Origin: a bacterium
GTDB lineage: Bacteria; Patescibacteriota; Minisyncoccia; Phycocordibacterales; UBA9973
Assembly: GCA_037127795.1 (NCBI GenBank)
Contig: JBAXXQ010000002.1
Coordinates: forward strand, 11 to 64,010
Length of the DNA stretch: 64,000 bases
Reading direction: 5' to 3'
In this document: piece after piece, positions 19,663 through 29,169 of the stretch
How positions within the stretch are numbered: the stretch's first letter is position 1
Layout: each line of letters opens with the position of its first letter
The notes under the pieces: model-generated
Seen by the model: only the letters and a program-made list of their open reading frames with translations
Told to the model about the DNA's origin: nothing
Database searches by the model: none
Translations under genes and position numbers: made by a program

Positions 19663-20190
19663 ATGAAGAAAAAATATTTGGTATATCTCGCGATAATATT
19701 TATTGTACTTGCTATTGTGGCAGCTGTAGGGTTTGCTATTTTACAAATAAAACTTTCAAAAGCACAATCAGTATCACAAACAACAACACTAAGTGAAGTT
19801 GTGGTGAATACAGATGAGGTAATGTCTGCTCCTGTTCCTCCTACGGATTATACACAGCCACTAGCTACAAAGTATGTGACCGGGGCAAGTGTGTGGCCAC
19901 CAAAAGTGACAACAACAAACAAAGCATTTAGTTGTACTGATACACAAAAAGATATTCAGGGAAATATGTATTGTATAAAAAAAGATGCAGAGGGTGCAGC
20001 GGGTAGTACCTATACGACATACACATACAAGACCAAGGTGGGGGAACAACTCGCAACTACGACATTTACTCTCCGCACTGTGCAATGTATGAATTATGAC
20101 GAGCCACAACAGAGCGAATGTACTAATGAACAAAACAACTTTGATGTGGATATGTTTGCCGATGGCCTGATTCATCAATTGGTGAAATAA
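19663..20190 (+). CDS. membrane-anchored hypothetical protein with Cys-containing domain
   Basis: N-terminal TM; YCIKKDAEGAAGSTY...VQCMNYD. Confidence 0.7.
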   Translation: MKKKYLVYLAIIFIVLAIVAAVGFAILQIKLSKAQSVSQTTTLSEVVVNTDEVMSAPVPPTDYTQPLATKYVTGASVWPPKVTTTNKAFSCTDTQKDIQGNMYCIKKDAEGAAGSTYTTYTYKTKVGEQLATTTFTLRTVQCMNYDEPQQSECTNEQNNFDVDMFADGLIHQLVK

Positions 20191-20191
20191 A

Positions 20192-20221
20192 AAAAGCCCC
20201 GACATGAATATCGGGGCTTTT
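20192..20221. terminator. bidirectional terminator
   Basis: aaaagccccga-catgaata-tcggggctttt. Confidence 0.7.
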
Positions 20222-20232
20222 GTAGTACTACA

Positions 20233-21924
20233 TTACTTTTTTATTACTTTTGTACTTTGATTATTTACCTTAATTACATAAAGGCCTTTTGTATATGCTG
20301 ACATGTCTACACACATCATACTATCAAAAGAAACTTTTGAAAAAAGTACCCTTCCTTGCATATCAGATACTTGTACTATATCTCCAGATTTTATTCCAGA
20401 GATAGTACAACTACTTTGTACAGGATTTGGATACACACTAATTTCGTTGAGGTGATACAATATCTTCTCTATATTACTATAGTGAAAATTTCCATCATTT
20501 TCTAATACCTTTAATCGATAGTACGATATGCCATCTAATGGTTTCTCATCTGTATAGCTTGTAGTGCTTGTTTGCACTAATTGTTCCCAATCTGTACCAG
20601 TAGAGCTTCTTTGTAGTATTACTCTTTCTGTAGAATTCCAGTGTAGTTGTACAATGTCTTTTTCTAGTACGGCATTAAGGTGTAGCCTATCTAAAGCAAG
20701 TACTGTTTGAGGTGAAAGTTTTACAATTAGAATTTGGGACATTCCTTTATTATCAGAAGTTCCTGATAATAAATATCCACCATCTGAAGTTTCTAAGACA
20801 CTCAGAGCGTTATCATAAACTGAATCTTTTATGCTTTTCTGCCATTGTAGTAATCCAGTTGAATCAATTTTAACACATTGGTAATTAGCAGCACTATCAA
20901 GACCAATAGTAATAAAGTCTGAATTTTTTGTTTTTGTTATGTATTTTATAAAAAATCCATAACACTTTTGCCAAATAATATTACCAGTATCGTTAATTTT
21001 AATAATCCAACCATCCTCATTAGGGGTCCCAGTGTATACACTTGTAAGATCTCCGTCTTTTGATGACGTTGTTCCTGCGATAATAAAATTTCCATCATTT
21101 GTTTTTGTTACAGAACGTAGTTCATCATTATTTTTTCCTCCTAAGCATTTTAACCATCGAGTATTTCCGCTAGAATCAATTTTAACAATTACACCATCTG
21201 TTAACCACTTAAAACCACTCCATATGTGATAACCTGGTAGGTCTCCTTGTGTTGACCCAACAACAAGGTAGTCATTACTGATCGTCTCTGTAATAGAATA
21301 TGCTTGATCAGCACTGTCACCACCGACACATTTTTGCCAAATAAGAGATCCAGATCCTGTAAGTTTAACAATCCACATATCAGATGATTGAGATGTATTA
21401 CTCCAGTGATTACCTGAAACATCGCCATCGTTTGATTTTGTAGTTCCAGCAAAAACAATATTGTGATCTGTGGTTTCAATAATGCTCCAAACAAGGTCTT
21501 CTTTTGAGCCACCCAAACTTTTTTCCCATAATATATTTCCAACACTATCAATTCTTGTAACCCAGGCATCACCTAATCCTATAAAACTTTCTCCAGCAAT
21601 AAGATATTCATTATTAAATGTTTTTGTAAATGCCATAACAACACAACTTGTATTGTGTATCATATTTTGCATCTGAATATTTCCCACAGAGTCTCTTGTT
21701 GTAAAATATATACCACCAGAGATAGGCCCAAAAACTTCCTCAATCGAAACATATTGATTGTTACTTTTTTGTATAACCTGTGAGGTTATTGTTGAGTTTC
21801 CGTTTAATCCAATTTTTTTCTGCCATTGAATATTTGGCGCCTGAGCTTTCCCAGAATAGGAAAGTGTAGTAATTGCAAGGATTAAAGTCACTGCAAAAGC
21901 GACTACTTTTGTTACTTTTTTCAT
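20233..21924 (-). CDS. secreted beta-propeller-like protein with T9SS type A C-terminal sorting domain
   Basis: Signal peptide ending KAQ; repeated WQKCxGG/DxWIVKLD; YYRLK; VYPNPV...GLYVIKV...KVIKK. Confidence 0.85.
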   Translation of the reverse strand: MKKVTKVVAFAVTLILAITTLSYSGKAQAPNIQWQKKIGLNGNSTITSQVIQKSNNQYVSIEEVFGPISGGIYFTTRDSVGNIQMQNMIHNTSCVVMAFTKTFNNEYLIAGESFIGLGDAWVTRIDSVGNILWEKSLGGSKEDLVWSIIETTDHNIVFAGTTKSNDGDVSGNHWSNTSQSSDMWIVKLTGSGSLIWQKCVGGDSADQAYSITETISNDYLVVGSTQGDLPGYHIWSGFKWLTDGVIVKIDSSGNTRWLKCLGGKNNDELRSVTKTNDGNFIIAGTTSSKDGDLTSVYTGTPNEDGWIIKINDTGNIIWQKCYGFFIKYITKTKNSDFITIGLDSAANYQCVKIDSTGLLQWQKSIKDSVYDNALSVLETSDGGYLLSGTSDNKGMSQILIVKLSPQTVLALDRLHLNAVLEKDIVQLHWNSTERVILQRSSTGTDWEQLVQTSTTSYTDEKPLDGISYYRLKVLENDGNFHYSNIEKILYHLNEISVYPNPVQSSCTISGIKSGDIVQVSDMQGRVLFSKVSFDSMMCVDMSAYTKGLYVIKVNNQSTKVIKK

Positions 21925-21951
21925 TTTTGTAATTATTTTGTTGTAAATGTA

Positions 21952-21993
21952 ATTTGTATATATAATAGCATATTTATATATAAAAGTCAAGTA
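21952..21993 (-). promoter_or_regulatory. shared 42-bp promoter module, copy A
   Basis: tacTTGACTtttatatataaataTGcTATTATatatacaaat. Confidence 0.75.
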
Positions 21994-22014
21994 TATATAG
22001 TTATGTAATACACA

Positions 22015-22049
22015 ACAAAAAACCTCTACGAGTTGTAGAGGTTTTTTGT
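22015..22049 (-). terminator. terminator after rplT
   Basis: acaaaaaacctctac-gagtt-gtagaggttttttgt. Confidence 0.7.
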
Positions 22050-22063
22050 ATAGGAGATGATGA

Positions 22064-22408
22064 TTATTTTACGCGTTCAACGATTTTTGCAAAAGAAGTA
22101 GGATTTGTGTGTGCAATATCTGCAAGCACTTTTCGGTCGAGCTCAATCTTGTGTGATTTGAGGGCACCGATGAACTTTGAGTAGCTCATACCAAGAGTGC
22201 GAACTGCAGCATTGATACGTACTTCCCAAAGTGCACGCTTGTCATTCTTTTTGTCTTTGCGGTGTGCAAAGGCATATGTTCCAGCATGAGAAATTGCTTC
22301 CTTTGCTTGTCGTTCTTTTGTTGAGCGGCCAAAACGGTAGCCTTTTACCATAGAAAGTACTTTCTTTCTGCGTTTGAGTGCTACTTGTCCTCCTTTTACT
22401 CTTGTCAT
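22064..22408 (-). CDS. rplT: 50S ribosomal protein L20
   Basis: MTRVKGG...KGYRFGRS...LWEVRINAAVR...LDRKVLAD. Confidence 0.98.
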   Translation of the reverse strand: MTRVKGGQVALKRRKKVLSMVKGYRFGRSTKERQAKEAISHAGTYAFAHRKDKKNDKRALWEVRINAAVRTLGMSYSKFIGALKSHKIELDRKVLADIAHTNPTSFAKIVERVK

Positions 22409-22438
22409 AAATGTATATCTATTGAAATGCTATTAAAA

Positions 22439-22630
22439 TTATTGGTGGGGGATAAAACGTCCAAGATCCTTTGCTTTTATAGCAAAATCTACCATTTTCT
22501 TGCCTGCAAGTTGTGTTGTACGACTTTGCTTTGCATTAAAATGGTTAAATCCTGGCTTTCGTGCCAAAACCTTGCCACTTGGTGTCAATTTAAGGCGTTT
22601 TGTATATGATTTGTTTGTTTTTACTGACAT
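22439..22630 (-). CDS. rpmI: 50S ribosomal protein L35
   Basis: KTNKSYTKRLKLTPSGK; lies between infC and rplT. Confidence 0.93.
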   Translation of the reverse strand: MSVKTNKSYTKRLKLTPSGKVLARKPGFNHFNAKQSRTTQLAGKKMVDFAIKAKDLGRFIPHQ

Positions 22631-22631
22631 A

Positions 22632-23156
22632 TTATGGTTTTTTTGCCGTTTTATCCTTTTCTATAACAACTGCCAATCCTTTTGGCGATCGTTTATATGG
22701 CTCTGCTATCTTATAGTGTTCTGTGATAAAATGCAAGACCCTGTCTAGTCTTTCTCGTAGAAAGGCATCTTGTTGTCCTTTTGAGCGTCCTTTGAGGTAT
22801 AGCTCAACTTTTATCCGGTGACCTTCTTTGAGCCAAGCTGAAGCGGTGCGAGCTTTCATTTCGAGGTCGTGATCTCCGGTCCCTACTTTGATTTGGATGG
22901 CTTTTGTTTCAGAAGGTTTTGCACCAGACTTTGCTTTCTGGGCTTTTTTCTTTTGTTCATAAAGATATTTGCCGTATTCCATTATCTTACAGATAGGTGG
23001 TTTGGCTTGGGGAGTGATCTCGATAAGGTCGAGCCCCATAGATTCTGCTTTTGCTAATGCTTCTGCAATAGGCAAAACACCAAGGTTCTCACCTTCTTCG
23101 TCGATAACGCGAACTTCTTCCGCGCGGATTTGTTTGTTGATTCGTTCCTTCAAAAT
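22632..23156 (-). CDS. infC: translation initiation factor IF-3 (probable ATT or TTG start)
   Basis: INKQIRAEEVRVID...PPICKIMEYGKYLYE; no ATG upstream of the conserved core; in-frame ATT at 23156 and TTG at 23153. Confidence 0.93.
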   Translation of the reverse strand: MLKERINKQIRAEEVRVIDEEGENLGVLPIAEALAKAESMGLDLIEITPQAKPPICKIMEYGKYLYEQKKKAQKAKSGAKPSETKAIQIKVGTGDHDLEMKARTASAWLKEGHRIKVELYLKGRSKGQQDAFLRERLDRVLHFITEHYKIAEPYKRSPKGLAVVIEKDKTAKKP

Positions 23157-23171
23157 AAGTATAGTGTTTAA

Positions 23172-23933
23172 ATGTCTGAGTATTATAGAAAAAATTCTGA
23201 TATAAGTCAAATAATTACTACATCAAAAAAGCCGGGCGAAACCCTCGCGGTGTTTTTGGAGCGGGTCCGGGGTACATATGGGGTACCGGCCGGCGTACCG
23301 ATGACGTACGCCGGCCGTCTCGACCCTATGGCCGAAGGCGACATGCTAGTACTCACTGGGGAATATTGTAAACAAAAAGACGATTATCTCGGTTTTGATA
23401 AAACATACATACTAGATATCTTGCTCGGTATCAGTACTGACACTGGAGACATGCTCGGTATTGTTTCAAACATGAATATAGGTGTGTATGCTGAAAAAGA
23501 AATACAAGATGCGGTATCAGAAATAGAAAAAATAAAAACACTCGCATATCCAGAGTATTCTTCAAAGACTATCGAAGGTGTTCCACTTTGGGTTTCTGCA
23601 CGAGCGGGGGACGCAGTGGTAGTACCAGAAAAGGAAGTAATCCTTTCTGATGTATTGTTGCTCTCTATTACATATAAAAAAATACATACGCTCCTCGATG
23701 AATCGTACGAGATCATACGAGAAGTGCAAGGAGATTTTCGGCAGCAGGCTATTTTGTCTGCATGGCAAAAAATATATGAAAATTATGGTGATATAGAAAT
23801 ACCAGTAGTCCGCATACAAGTCACCGCTTCAACAGGTGCATATATGCGCACCCTTGCTCGTAGGGTAGGAGAGATGCTCCAAACCCCAGCGCTTGCATAC
23901 CATATCAATCGCACTAAGATTTGGATTAAATAA
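23172..23933 (+). CDS. truB: TruB-like tRNA pseudouridine synthase (start uncertain)
   Basis: YAGRLDPMAEG; GISTDTGD; YSSK; STGAYMRTL. Confidence 0.8.
   Translation: MSEYYRKNSDISQIITTSKKPGETLAVFLERVRGTYGVPAGVPMTYAGRLDPMAEGDMLVLTGEYCKQKDDYLGFDKTYILDILLGISTDTGDMLGIVSNMNIGVYAEKEIQDAVSEIEKIKTLAYPEYSSKTIEGVPLWVSARAGDAVVVPEKEVILSDVLLLSITYKKIHTLLDESYEIIREVQGDFRQQAILSAWQKIYENYGDIEIPVVRIQVTASTGAYMRTLARRVGEMLQTPALAYHINRTKIWIK
23182..23210 (-). promoter_or_regulatory. sigma70 promoter for infC-rpmI-rplT
   Basis: TTGACT-17 nt-TATAAT. Confidence 0.7.
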
Positions 23934-23993
23934 AAAAGACCTCCTTAGAAAAGGAGGCCCGGCCCGTGCCATTTTGATTGCTAATACCAGAAA

Positions 23994-24425
23994 TTAAGCG
24001 ATAAGCTCTTCAAGTTTTACATACCCCTTGATAAAGTCTTCAGTCTTTTTTCTCTCTAAGATGGTATATCCAGATAGACTGTCTCCAGATATTCCCAGTC
24101 TTGCAGGAATACGAAATTTCGTCTTAACGATAATCACTTCTTCGGCAAGATCGTTCCAACCTGCATGTTTGAAGCATGGATGGCTGATCTTAATCGAGTC
24201 ATGATGCGGATTTTTTTCTAAGTATTTACTTAAACACTTAAAAATTTCTCCTCCTGTTAATTTACTTTTTATCAATTCAGCCTCTTTTTCATTTGAGGAC
24301 TGCTTTGGGTGGTGTTGAAAAATTTCTTCGATAGGCACAAAAAATGCACCCTTCTTTAATCTTTCAAGTTTTTCTTGTTCTGACTTCTGTGCCGTCTTGC
24401 GCACTTCTGTTTGATTAGTAAGCAT
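23994..24425 (-). CDS. hypothetical protein
   Basis: 143 aa; TTGACT promoter-like site at about 24471 on the minus strand. Confidence 0.6.
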   Translation of the reverse strand: MLTNQTEVRKTAQKSEQEKLERLKKGAFFVPIEEIFQHHPKQSSNEKEAELIKSKLTGGEIFKCLSKYLEKNPHHDSIKISHPCFKHAGWNDLAEEVIIVKTKFRIPARLGISGDSLSGYTILERKKTEDFIKGYVKLEELIA

Positions 24426-24564
24426 ACAATAATATTTTTTTCTATTATTGCATATTATAAAATAAAGTCAAGTTTAAGATGTGAAGATATTTTGACTTTG
24501 TGTATATACCTGGTAGTATTGTTTTTAAATAACAATATTGTTCAACAAACAAAATTAGCTGCGT

Positions 24565-24873
24565 ATGTTTACTGTTAATGATGCGAACGGGTTTTATACA
24601 AAAACCGGAGCGTACAATTTTTTGAAAGAGCTTCTTGGAGTAGCCAAGAATGTTTTAATTAAAAAAGAATTCTTCAATCTTTTTTTTGAAGAGGTGGATG
24701 GTTTTTTTAAGATCAAGAAACCAGAAGAGTTTGTTAGAGGGCTTTTTGAAAAAAATAAAATCAAAGAGTCAAATTTTGAGTATCATGCACTTGTACAAGA
24801 CAATCAGTCTGACAAGGCACGCACATTGTTTTGTAATGTGCATAACAATGCACGAGCTCTTATGGCTGCCTAA
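24565..24873 (+). CDS. hypothetical protein
   Basis: 102 aa; TTGACT at 24492; hairpin terminator at 24877-24912. Confidence 0.55.
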   Translation: MFTVNDANGFYTKTGAYNFLKELLGVAKNVLIKKEFFNLFFEEVDGFFKIKKPEEFVRGLFEKNKIKESNFEYHALVQDNQSDKARTLFCNVHNNARALMAA

Positions 24874-24936
24874 AAAAATACCGTTCCAAGGATTAATCCT
24901 TGGAACGGTATTACTATTTATAGGGGATACTAAAGG

Positions 24937-24978
24937 TACTTGACAAATATATATAAATATGCTATCATATATACAAAT
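24937..24978 (+). promoter_or_regulatory. shared 42-bp promoter module, copy C
   Basis: tacttgacaaatatatataaatatgctatcatatatacaaat; 4 mismatches to copy A. Confidence 0.7.
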
Positions 24979-24986
24979 ACTAAAAC

Positions 24987-25268
24987 ATGTTATATTCAAT
25001 TTTTAACGCAGCGACAGTTACTGCAAATAAAATATTTTTTACTTGCGAGGAAAAAAGAGAGCTAAATATTAACTTTCTTGATCCATTTGCTGAACAAAAT
25101 GAAGTGCCGGTTTTTAAAATCAGACACCATAATAGAATCCAGACATCGCAAAGTAAGAAAACTGCTGAGACGATAGCTCAGAATAAAGATCGCAGATATT
25201 ACCGCTCTCTAGGAGAGTGGGAAAAAAGATCTAAGGAAAAAGCTATTGCACAAAGACATGCGGCATAA
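24987..25268 (+). CDS. hypothetical protein
   Basis: 93 aa, directly after the promoter module; hairpin downstream. Confidence 0.55.
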   Translation: MLYSIFNAATVTANKIFFTCEEKRELNINFLDPFAEQNEVPVFKIRHHNRIQTSQSKKTAETIAQNKDRRYYRSLGEWEKRSKEKAIAQRHAA

Positions 25269-25447
25269 AAAACACCAGGGGTGGGCCAGTTGAAATTAAT
25301 TTTCAACTGGTTTTTTTTGTATGTAAAAAGAAATTTGTAGTTTGTATATAAAAAACCGTATGTAAACTACGGTTTTTTATATATGTGATACTTCGCCAAG
25401 GCGAAGTCCTACAAAAATATAGTCGCGCTTTGCGCTCGTTATTTTTG

Positions 25448-25840
25448 TGGAGATGGGGGGAATCGAACCCCCGTGCAAGTATTGCCGATATATACATCTA
25501 CGTACGTAGTACATGTATATTGTTTTAAAATATATCAGTGCCCCGTGTACAGGAATGATATATTCGAGTCTTTATGTGTTCGGTGTCATCCTAAGACGAG
25601 GGTGACTGCCTACACTCAAAAAAATATTGCCAGTGTTCTTGTATTGAGCATCCAAGAATCTGACACCAGATTGACCTAAATTAGGCGAATGCTGGAGCAA
25701 AGCCAAATGCGTTAGCAAATGGAGACTTTACTGAACCTGAACTGTTTGCAGTTGTCGGTGTGGTTGATAGTTACAGAAGATACAACCATCTCTGGTACGC
25801 ATATATAGCGCGCAATACATGTCGATGCCTGTGCATCCCC
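25448..25840 (-). ncRNA. ssrA: tmRNA
   Basis: 5' GGGGATG pairs with 3' CATCTCC-A; GGGGGTTCGATTCCCCC T-arm; tag ORF 25749-25681 ANSSGSVKSPFANAFGFAPAFA*; adjacent to smpB. Confidence 0.93.
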
Positions 25841-25886
25841 AAATTTGTAAAACAAATTTGTCCCTTTAGTGGGCATAAAATTTGTT

Positions 25887-26330
25887 TTATAAAGCAGCGC
25901 GTTCGCGATCACTGTCGCGTTTTGCTGCTTTTTCTTTCAGTGTGTTTCTTTTGTCAGAGAGCTTTTTACCTTTGGCAATACCAATACTGAGCTTGATCTT
26001 ACCTCCTTTATTATACAATGAAAGTGGGATAATTGCAAAGCCTTTGGTGTGAAGGACTTTATTGAGGTACAAAATTTCTTTTTTGTGTACGAGTAATTTG
26101 CGGGTACGGTATGGATCGTAAGTGTTTACCACATTCTTTTCTTGCCAAGCGGGGATATGTGCGCCGAGGAGTACTACATCAGCACCTACTATATGTACAT
26201 ATGCGCCAGAAAGGCTCCCGCGACTCGCTTTTACAGATTTTACCTCGGTACCCAAAAATTCCACCCCTGCTTCGATGGTGTCTTCTATAGAGTACTCAAG
26301 CCCTGCTTTTTTGTTACGAATATATTCCAT
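25887..26330 (-). CDS. smpB: SsrA-binding protein
   Basis: NKKAGLEYSIEDTIEAGVEFLGTEVKS...RTRKLLVHKKEI...GKKLSDKR. Confidence 0.96.
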   Translation of the reverse strand: MEYIRNKKAGLEYSIEDTIEAGVEFLGTEVKSVKASRGSLSGAYVHIVGADVVLLGAHIPAWQEKNVVNTYDPYRTRKLLVHKKEILYLNKVLHTKGFAIIPLSLYNKGGKIKLSIGIAKGKKLSDKRNTLKEKAAKRDSDRERAAL

Positions 26331-26370
26331 ATCACTGTATATAGTAGCATTTTTGTGTATAATGTGTGAT

Positions 26371-28281
26371 ATGTCAAAAAAGCAACCAACAACTCCTCCT
26401 ACTCCGGAGAAAACAAAAAAACCAATAGGGAAAATGCCCGGCAAAAACCCTATTACTTCATACATTTTTTCAGCATTACTTGTATTTGCTGTTATTGTTG
26501 CATTGTTTAGCGGGGTGTCTGATTACTATAGTAAAAGACCTGTTGCTATAGGATTTTCTGAAGTAGTGCGCATGGTCCAAGCGGGAGATATAAAGACTAT
26601 CTCAGTGGATGATCAATCTCTCGATATTACCAAAGTAGATGGCACACACCTTACTTCAAAAAAAGAAGCAAATGGATCTTTAGTGGAAACATTGAATGCG
26701 TATGGAGTACCGCAAGATAAATTGGCAAAAGTAGATATCAGTGTAGTAGTGCCAAGCGCCTTTATGTCTTTCTTGGGTACTGCATTGCCAATCATCCTTC
26801 CTATTGGGGTAATCATCTTTTTATTCTTCATGCTCACACGCCAAGCAAAAGGTGCTGGTATGCAAGCATTTACTTTTGGGCAATCAAAAGCTCGTATCAC
26901 AGATCCTAATGATGCAAACAATAAAGTAACATTCAAAGATGTTGCTGGTGCTCGCGAAGCAAAAGAAGAGTTGCGAGAGATTGTAGATTTTTTGAAAAAT
27001 CCAAAAAAGTTTCTTGATATTGGTGCACGTATTCCCAAAGGAGTATTGCTTGCAGGAGCACCAGGTACTGGTAAGACGTTGCTTGCTCGTGCAGTAGCAG
27101 GAGAAGCAGGGGTACCATTTTTCCATCTTTCTGGTAGTGAATTCGTAGAAATGTTTGTCGGTGTTGGGGCAAGTCGTGTACGTGATCTTTTCAAAATGGC
27201 AAAGCGTGCAGCACCTGCAATTATTTTTATTGATGAAATAGATGCAGTAGGACGTGTACGAGGAAGTGGTCATGGGGGAGGAAATGATGAACGTGAGCAA
27301 ACATTGAACCAAATTCTTGTGGAGATGGATGGCTTCGAACCAAACAATAAAGTGATCGTTATGGCAGCGACAAACCGTAGTGATGTGCTCGATCCTGCAT
27401 TGCTTCGCCCAGGGCGTTTTGATCGTCGAGTAACGCTCGATCTTCCAGATCGTCGTGATCGTGAAGAGATATTGAAAGTACATGCAGAGAAAAAACCTTT
27501 TGCTGAAGATGTGAATCTCGTAGTGATAGCAGAGCGAACACCTGGATTTTCTGGTGCAGATCTTTCTTCTCTTATGAATGAAGGTGCTATCTTGGCAGCA
27601 CGTGAAAATAGAAAAAAGGTTGCACAATTTGATCTTGTGCGTTCAATTGAAAAAGTAATGATGGGACCAGAACGTAAGAGTCACCTTATTACAAAACATG
27701 AAAAAGATATTGTGGCATACCACGAAGCAGGACATGCGCTTGTTGCATCAGTATTGCCCGATGCAGATCCAGTACACAAGATCTCTATTATTGCGCGTGG
27801 TTCTGCTGGTGGATTTACTATGAAGCTTCCGTTGGAAGAAAAGCGCCTCACTGCAAAGAAAGAGTATCTCGATGATCTCGCTATGTCTATGGGAGGATAC
27901 GCTGCAGAGCAATTGGTATTTGGTGATATTACTACAGGACCATCTGGTGATCTGCAGACATCAACAAATCTCGCACGTGCTATGGTGACACAATGGGGGA
28001 TGAGTGATGTACTCGGCCCAGTAGCACTTGAGCAAAATACTCGTAATCCAATGACAGGCAACAGTAGAGAATATTCAGAAAAGATCGGAGACCTTATTGA
28101 TGCAGAAGTAGAACGAATGATGAAAGAAGCTCGTGATCGCGCAACAAAAGTACTTGTTGATTATCGTCACGTGCTCGATATCATTGCAGCAAAACTTATC
28201 GAAGTAGAAACGCTTGAACAAAAAGAATACGAAGATATTATCTCAGCACACGGTATTCCTCTCAAAAAGAAAGTGGATTAA
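26371..28281 (+). CDS. ftsH: ATP-dependent zinc metalloprotease FtsH
   Basis: Two TM segments, [20 protein letters not shown]. Confidence 0.97.
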   Translation: MSKKQPTTPPTPEKTKKPIGKMPGKNPITSYIFSALLVFAVIVALFSGVSDYYSKRPVAIGFSEVVRMVQAGDIKTISVDDQSLDITKVDGTHLTSKKEANGSLVETLNAYGVPQDKLAKVDISVVVPSAFMSFLGTALPIILPIGVIIFLFFMLTRQAKGAGMQAFTFGQSKARITDPNDANNKVTFKDVAGAREAKEELREIVDFLKNPKKFLDIGARIPKGVLLAGAPGTGKTLLARAVAGEAGVPFFHLSGSEFVEMFVGVGASRVRDLFKMAKRAAPAIIFIDEIDAVGRVRGSGHGGGNDEREQTLNQILVEMDGFEPNNKVIVMAATNRSDVLDPALLRPGRFDRRVTLDLPDRRDREEILKVHAEKKPFAEDVNLVVIAERTPGFSGADLSSLMNEGAILAARENRKKVAQFDLVRSIEKVMMGPERKSHLITKHEKDIVAYHEAGHALVASVLPDADPVHKISIIARGSAGGFTMKLPLEEKRLTAKKEYLDDLAMSMGGYAAEQLVFGDITTGPSGDLQTSTNLARAMVTQWGMSDVLGPVALEQNTRNPMTGNSREYSEKIGDLIDAEVERMMKEARDRATKVLVDYRHVLDIIAAKLIEVETLEQKEYEDIISAHGIPLKKKVD

Positions 28282-28754
28282 AACGCGCGGTCGCCTCCGA
28301 CTTCTGCAAGCTTACTTTCAATTTTTTCTAAACATTCATAGTGCCACGCGATAGCTTCATTGCTAAGCTCGAGTAATTGCTCGTGGTTGAGTGCTTCTGC
28401 GGCACCTTGCACAAGAGCAAAGTGTACAATAGCGGCACCAAAGAAAAAACCACTCCATTCAAAAATCTCAATAGGGTTGTGCCATTGATCACCAATATAC
28501 ATTTCGCGCATGGTGGTGAGCTTTTCGCCGGTCTTGAGTGCTTTGGTATGAGTAGTATCAAACATCTCGCTAGTTGTCGCTATATCGAGGAGCGCTTGCT
28601 TGTAGAGGGTATTCTTTTCTTGGATATCGAGGACGAATTCATCGCCGAGCTGGAGTCGTAATGCGTCACCTCCTTTTTCTAGGGTGTCATTTCCTACAGT
28701 ACAAAACGCTACAACTTCTCCGATTTTTTTGGCAACAAATTCATTGATATTCAT
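28278..28754 (-). CDS. hypothetical helical protein (possibly ferritin-like)
   Basis: 158 aa from the ATG at 28754; acidic helices. Confidence 0.6.
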   Translation of the reverse strand: MNINEFVAKKIGEVVAFCTVGNDTLEKGGDALRLQLGDEFVLDIQEKNTLYKQALLDIATTSEMFDTTHTKALKTGEKLTTMREMYIGDQWHNPIEIFEWSGFFFGAAIVHFALVQGAAEALNHEQLLELSNEAIAWHYECLEKIESKLAEVGGDRAF

Positions 28755-28843
28755 ATGGAGATAGTGTATCATAACTTTTGGTAATCAAATCCGCCCTTAG
28801 CTGTTTTGGCTATCTAAACAGTTTTATAATATATATAATAAAT

Positions 28844-28917
28844 CCGCCTTTAGCTCAGTTGGTTAGAGCGCAGAGCTTATACCTCTGATGTCCATGGTTC
28901 GAATCCATGAAGGCGGA
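28844..28917 (+). tRNA. tRNA-Ile (anticodon UAU)
   Basis: Cloverleaf: CCGCCTT/AAGGCGG acceptor, CAGAG-CTTATAC-CTCTG anticodon arm, CATGG-TTCGAAT-CCATG T-arm, A73; CCA not encoded. Confidence 0.92.
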
Positions 28918-28944
28918 CAATATGTGGGGCAGATTGTCCTCTAC

Positions 28945-29050
28945 TATTAAAAAACAACCTATTTTCCTGTCGGAATTATTCTGCTGAATAATATCCTCAT
29001 TTTCGCCTCAGTCAGGCTCAAAAGTCAGTAAAATAGGCTGTTTTTTAATA
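28945..29050. repeat. 106-bp element with 21-bp terminal inverted repeats
   Basis: tattaaaaaacaacctatttt ... aaaataggctgttttttaata (1 mismatch), internal hairpins. Confidence 0.55.
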
Positions 29051-29071
29051 CCTTAAAGATAATAAATAGGG

Positions 29072-29113
29072 TACTTGACTTTTATATATAAATATGCTAT
29101 TATATGTACAAAT
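29072..29113 (+). promoter_or_regulatory. shared 42-bp promoter module, copy B
   Basis: 1 mismatch to copy A. Confidence 0.75.
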
Positions 29114-29169
29114 ACAATAAATAAAAAAAACGAGCATATTGCTCAAATTCATTTACAAAATAATACATT

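Noticed and set aside
23153-23162. infC lacking an ATG as a pseudogene
   Set aside because: A non-AUG start is the normal autoregulatory feature of infC
26613-28061. Long antisense ORFs over ftsH and similar shadow ORFs elsewhere
   Set aside because: They are reverse-frame shadows of conserved genes with no motifs or expression signals
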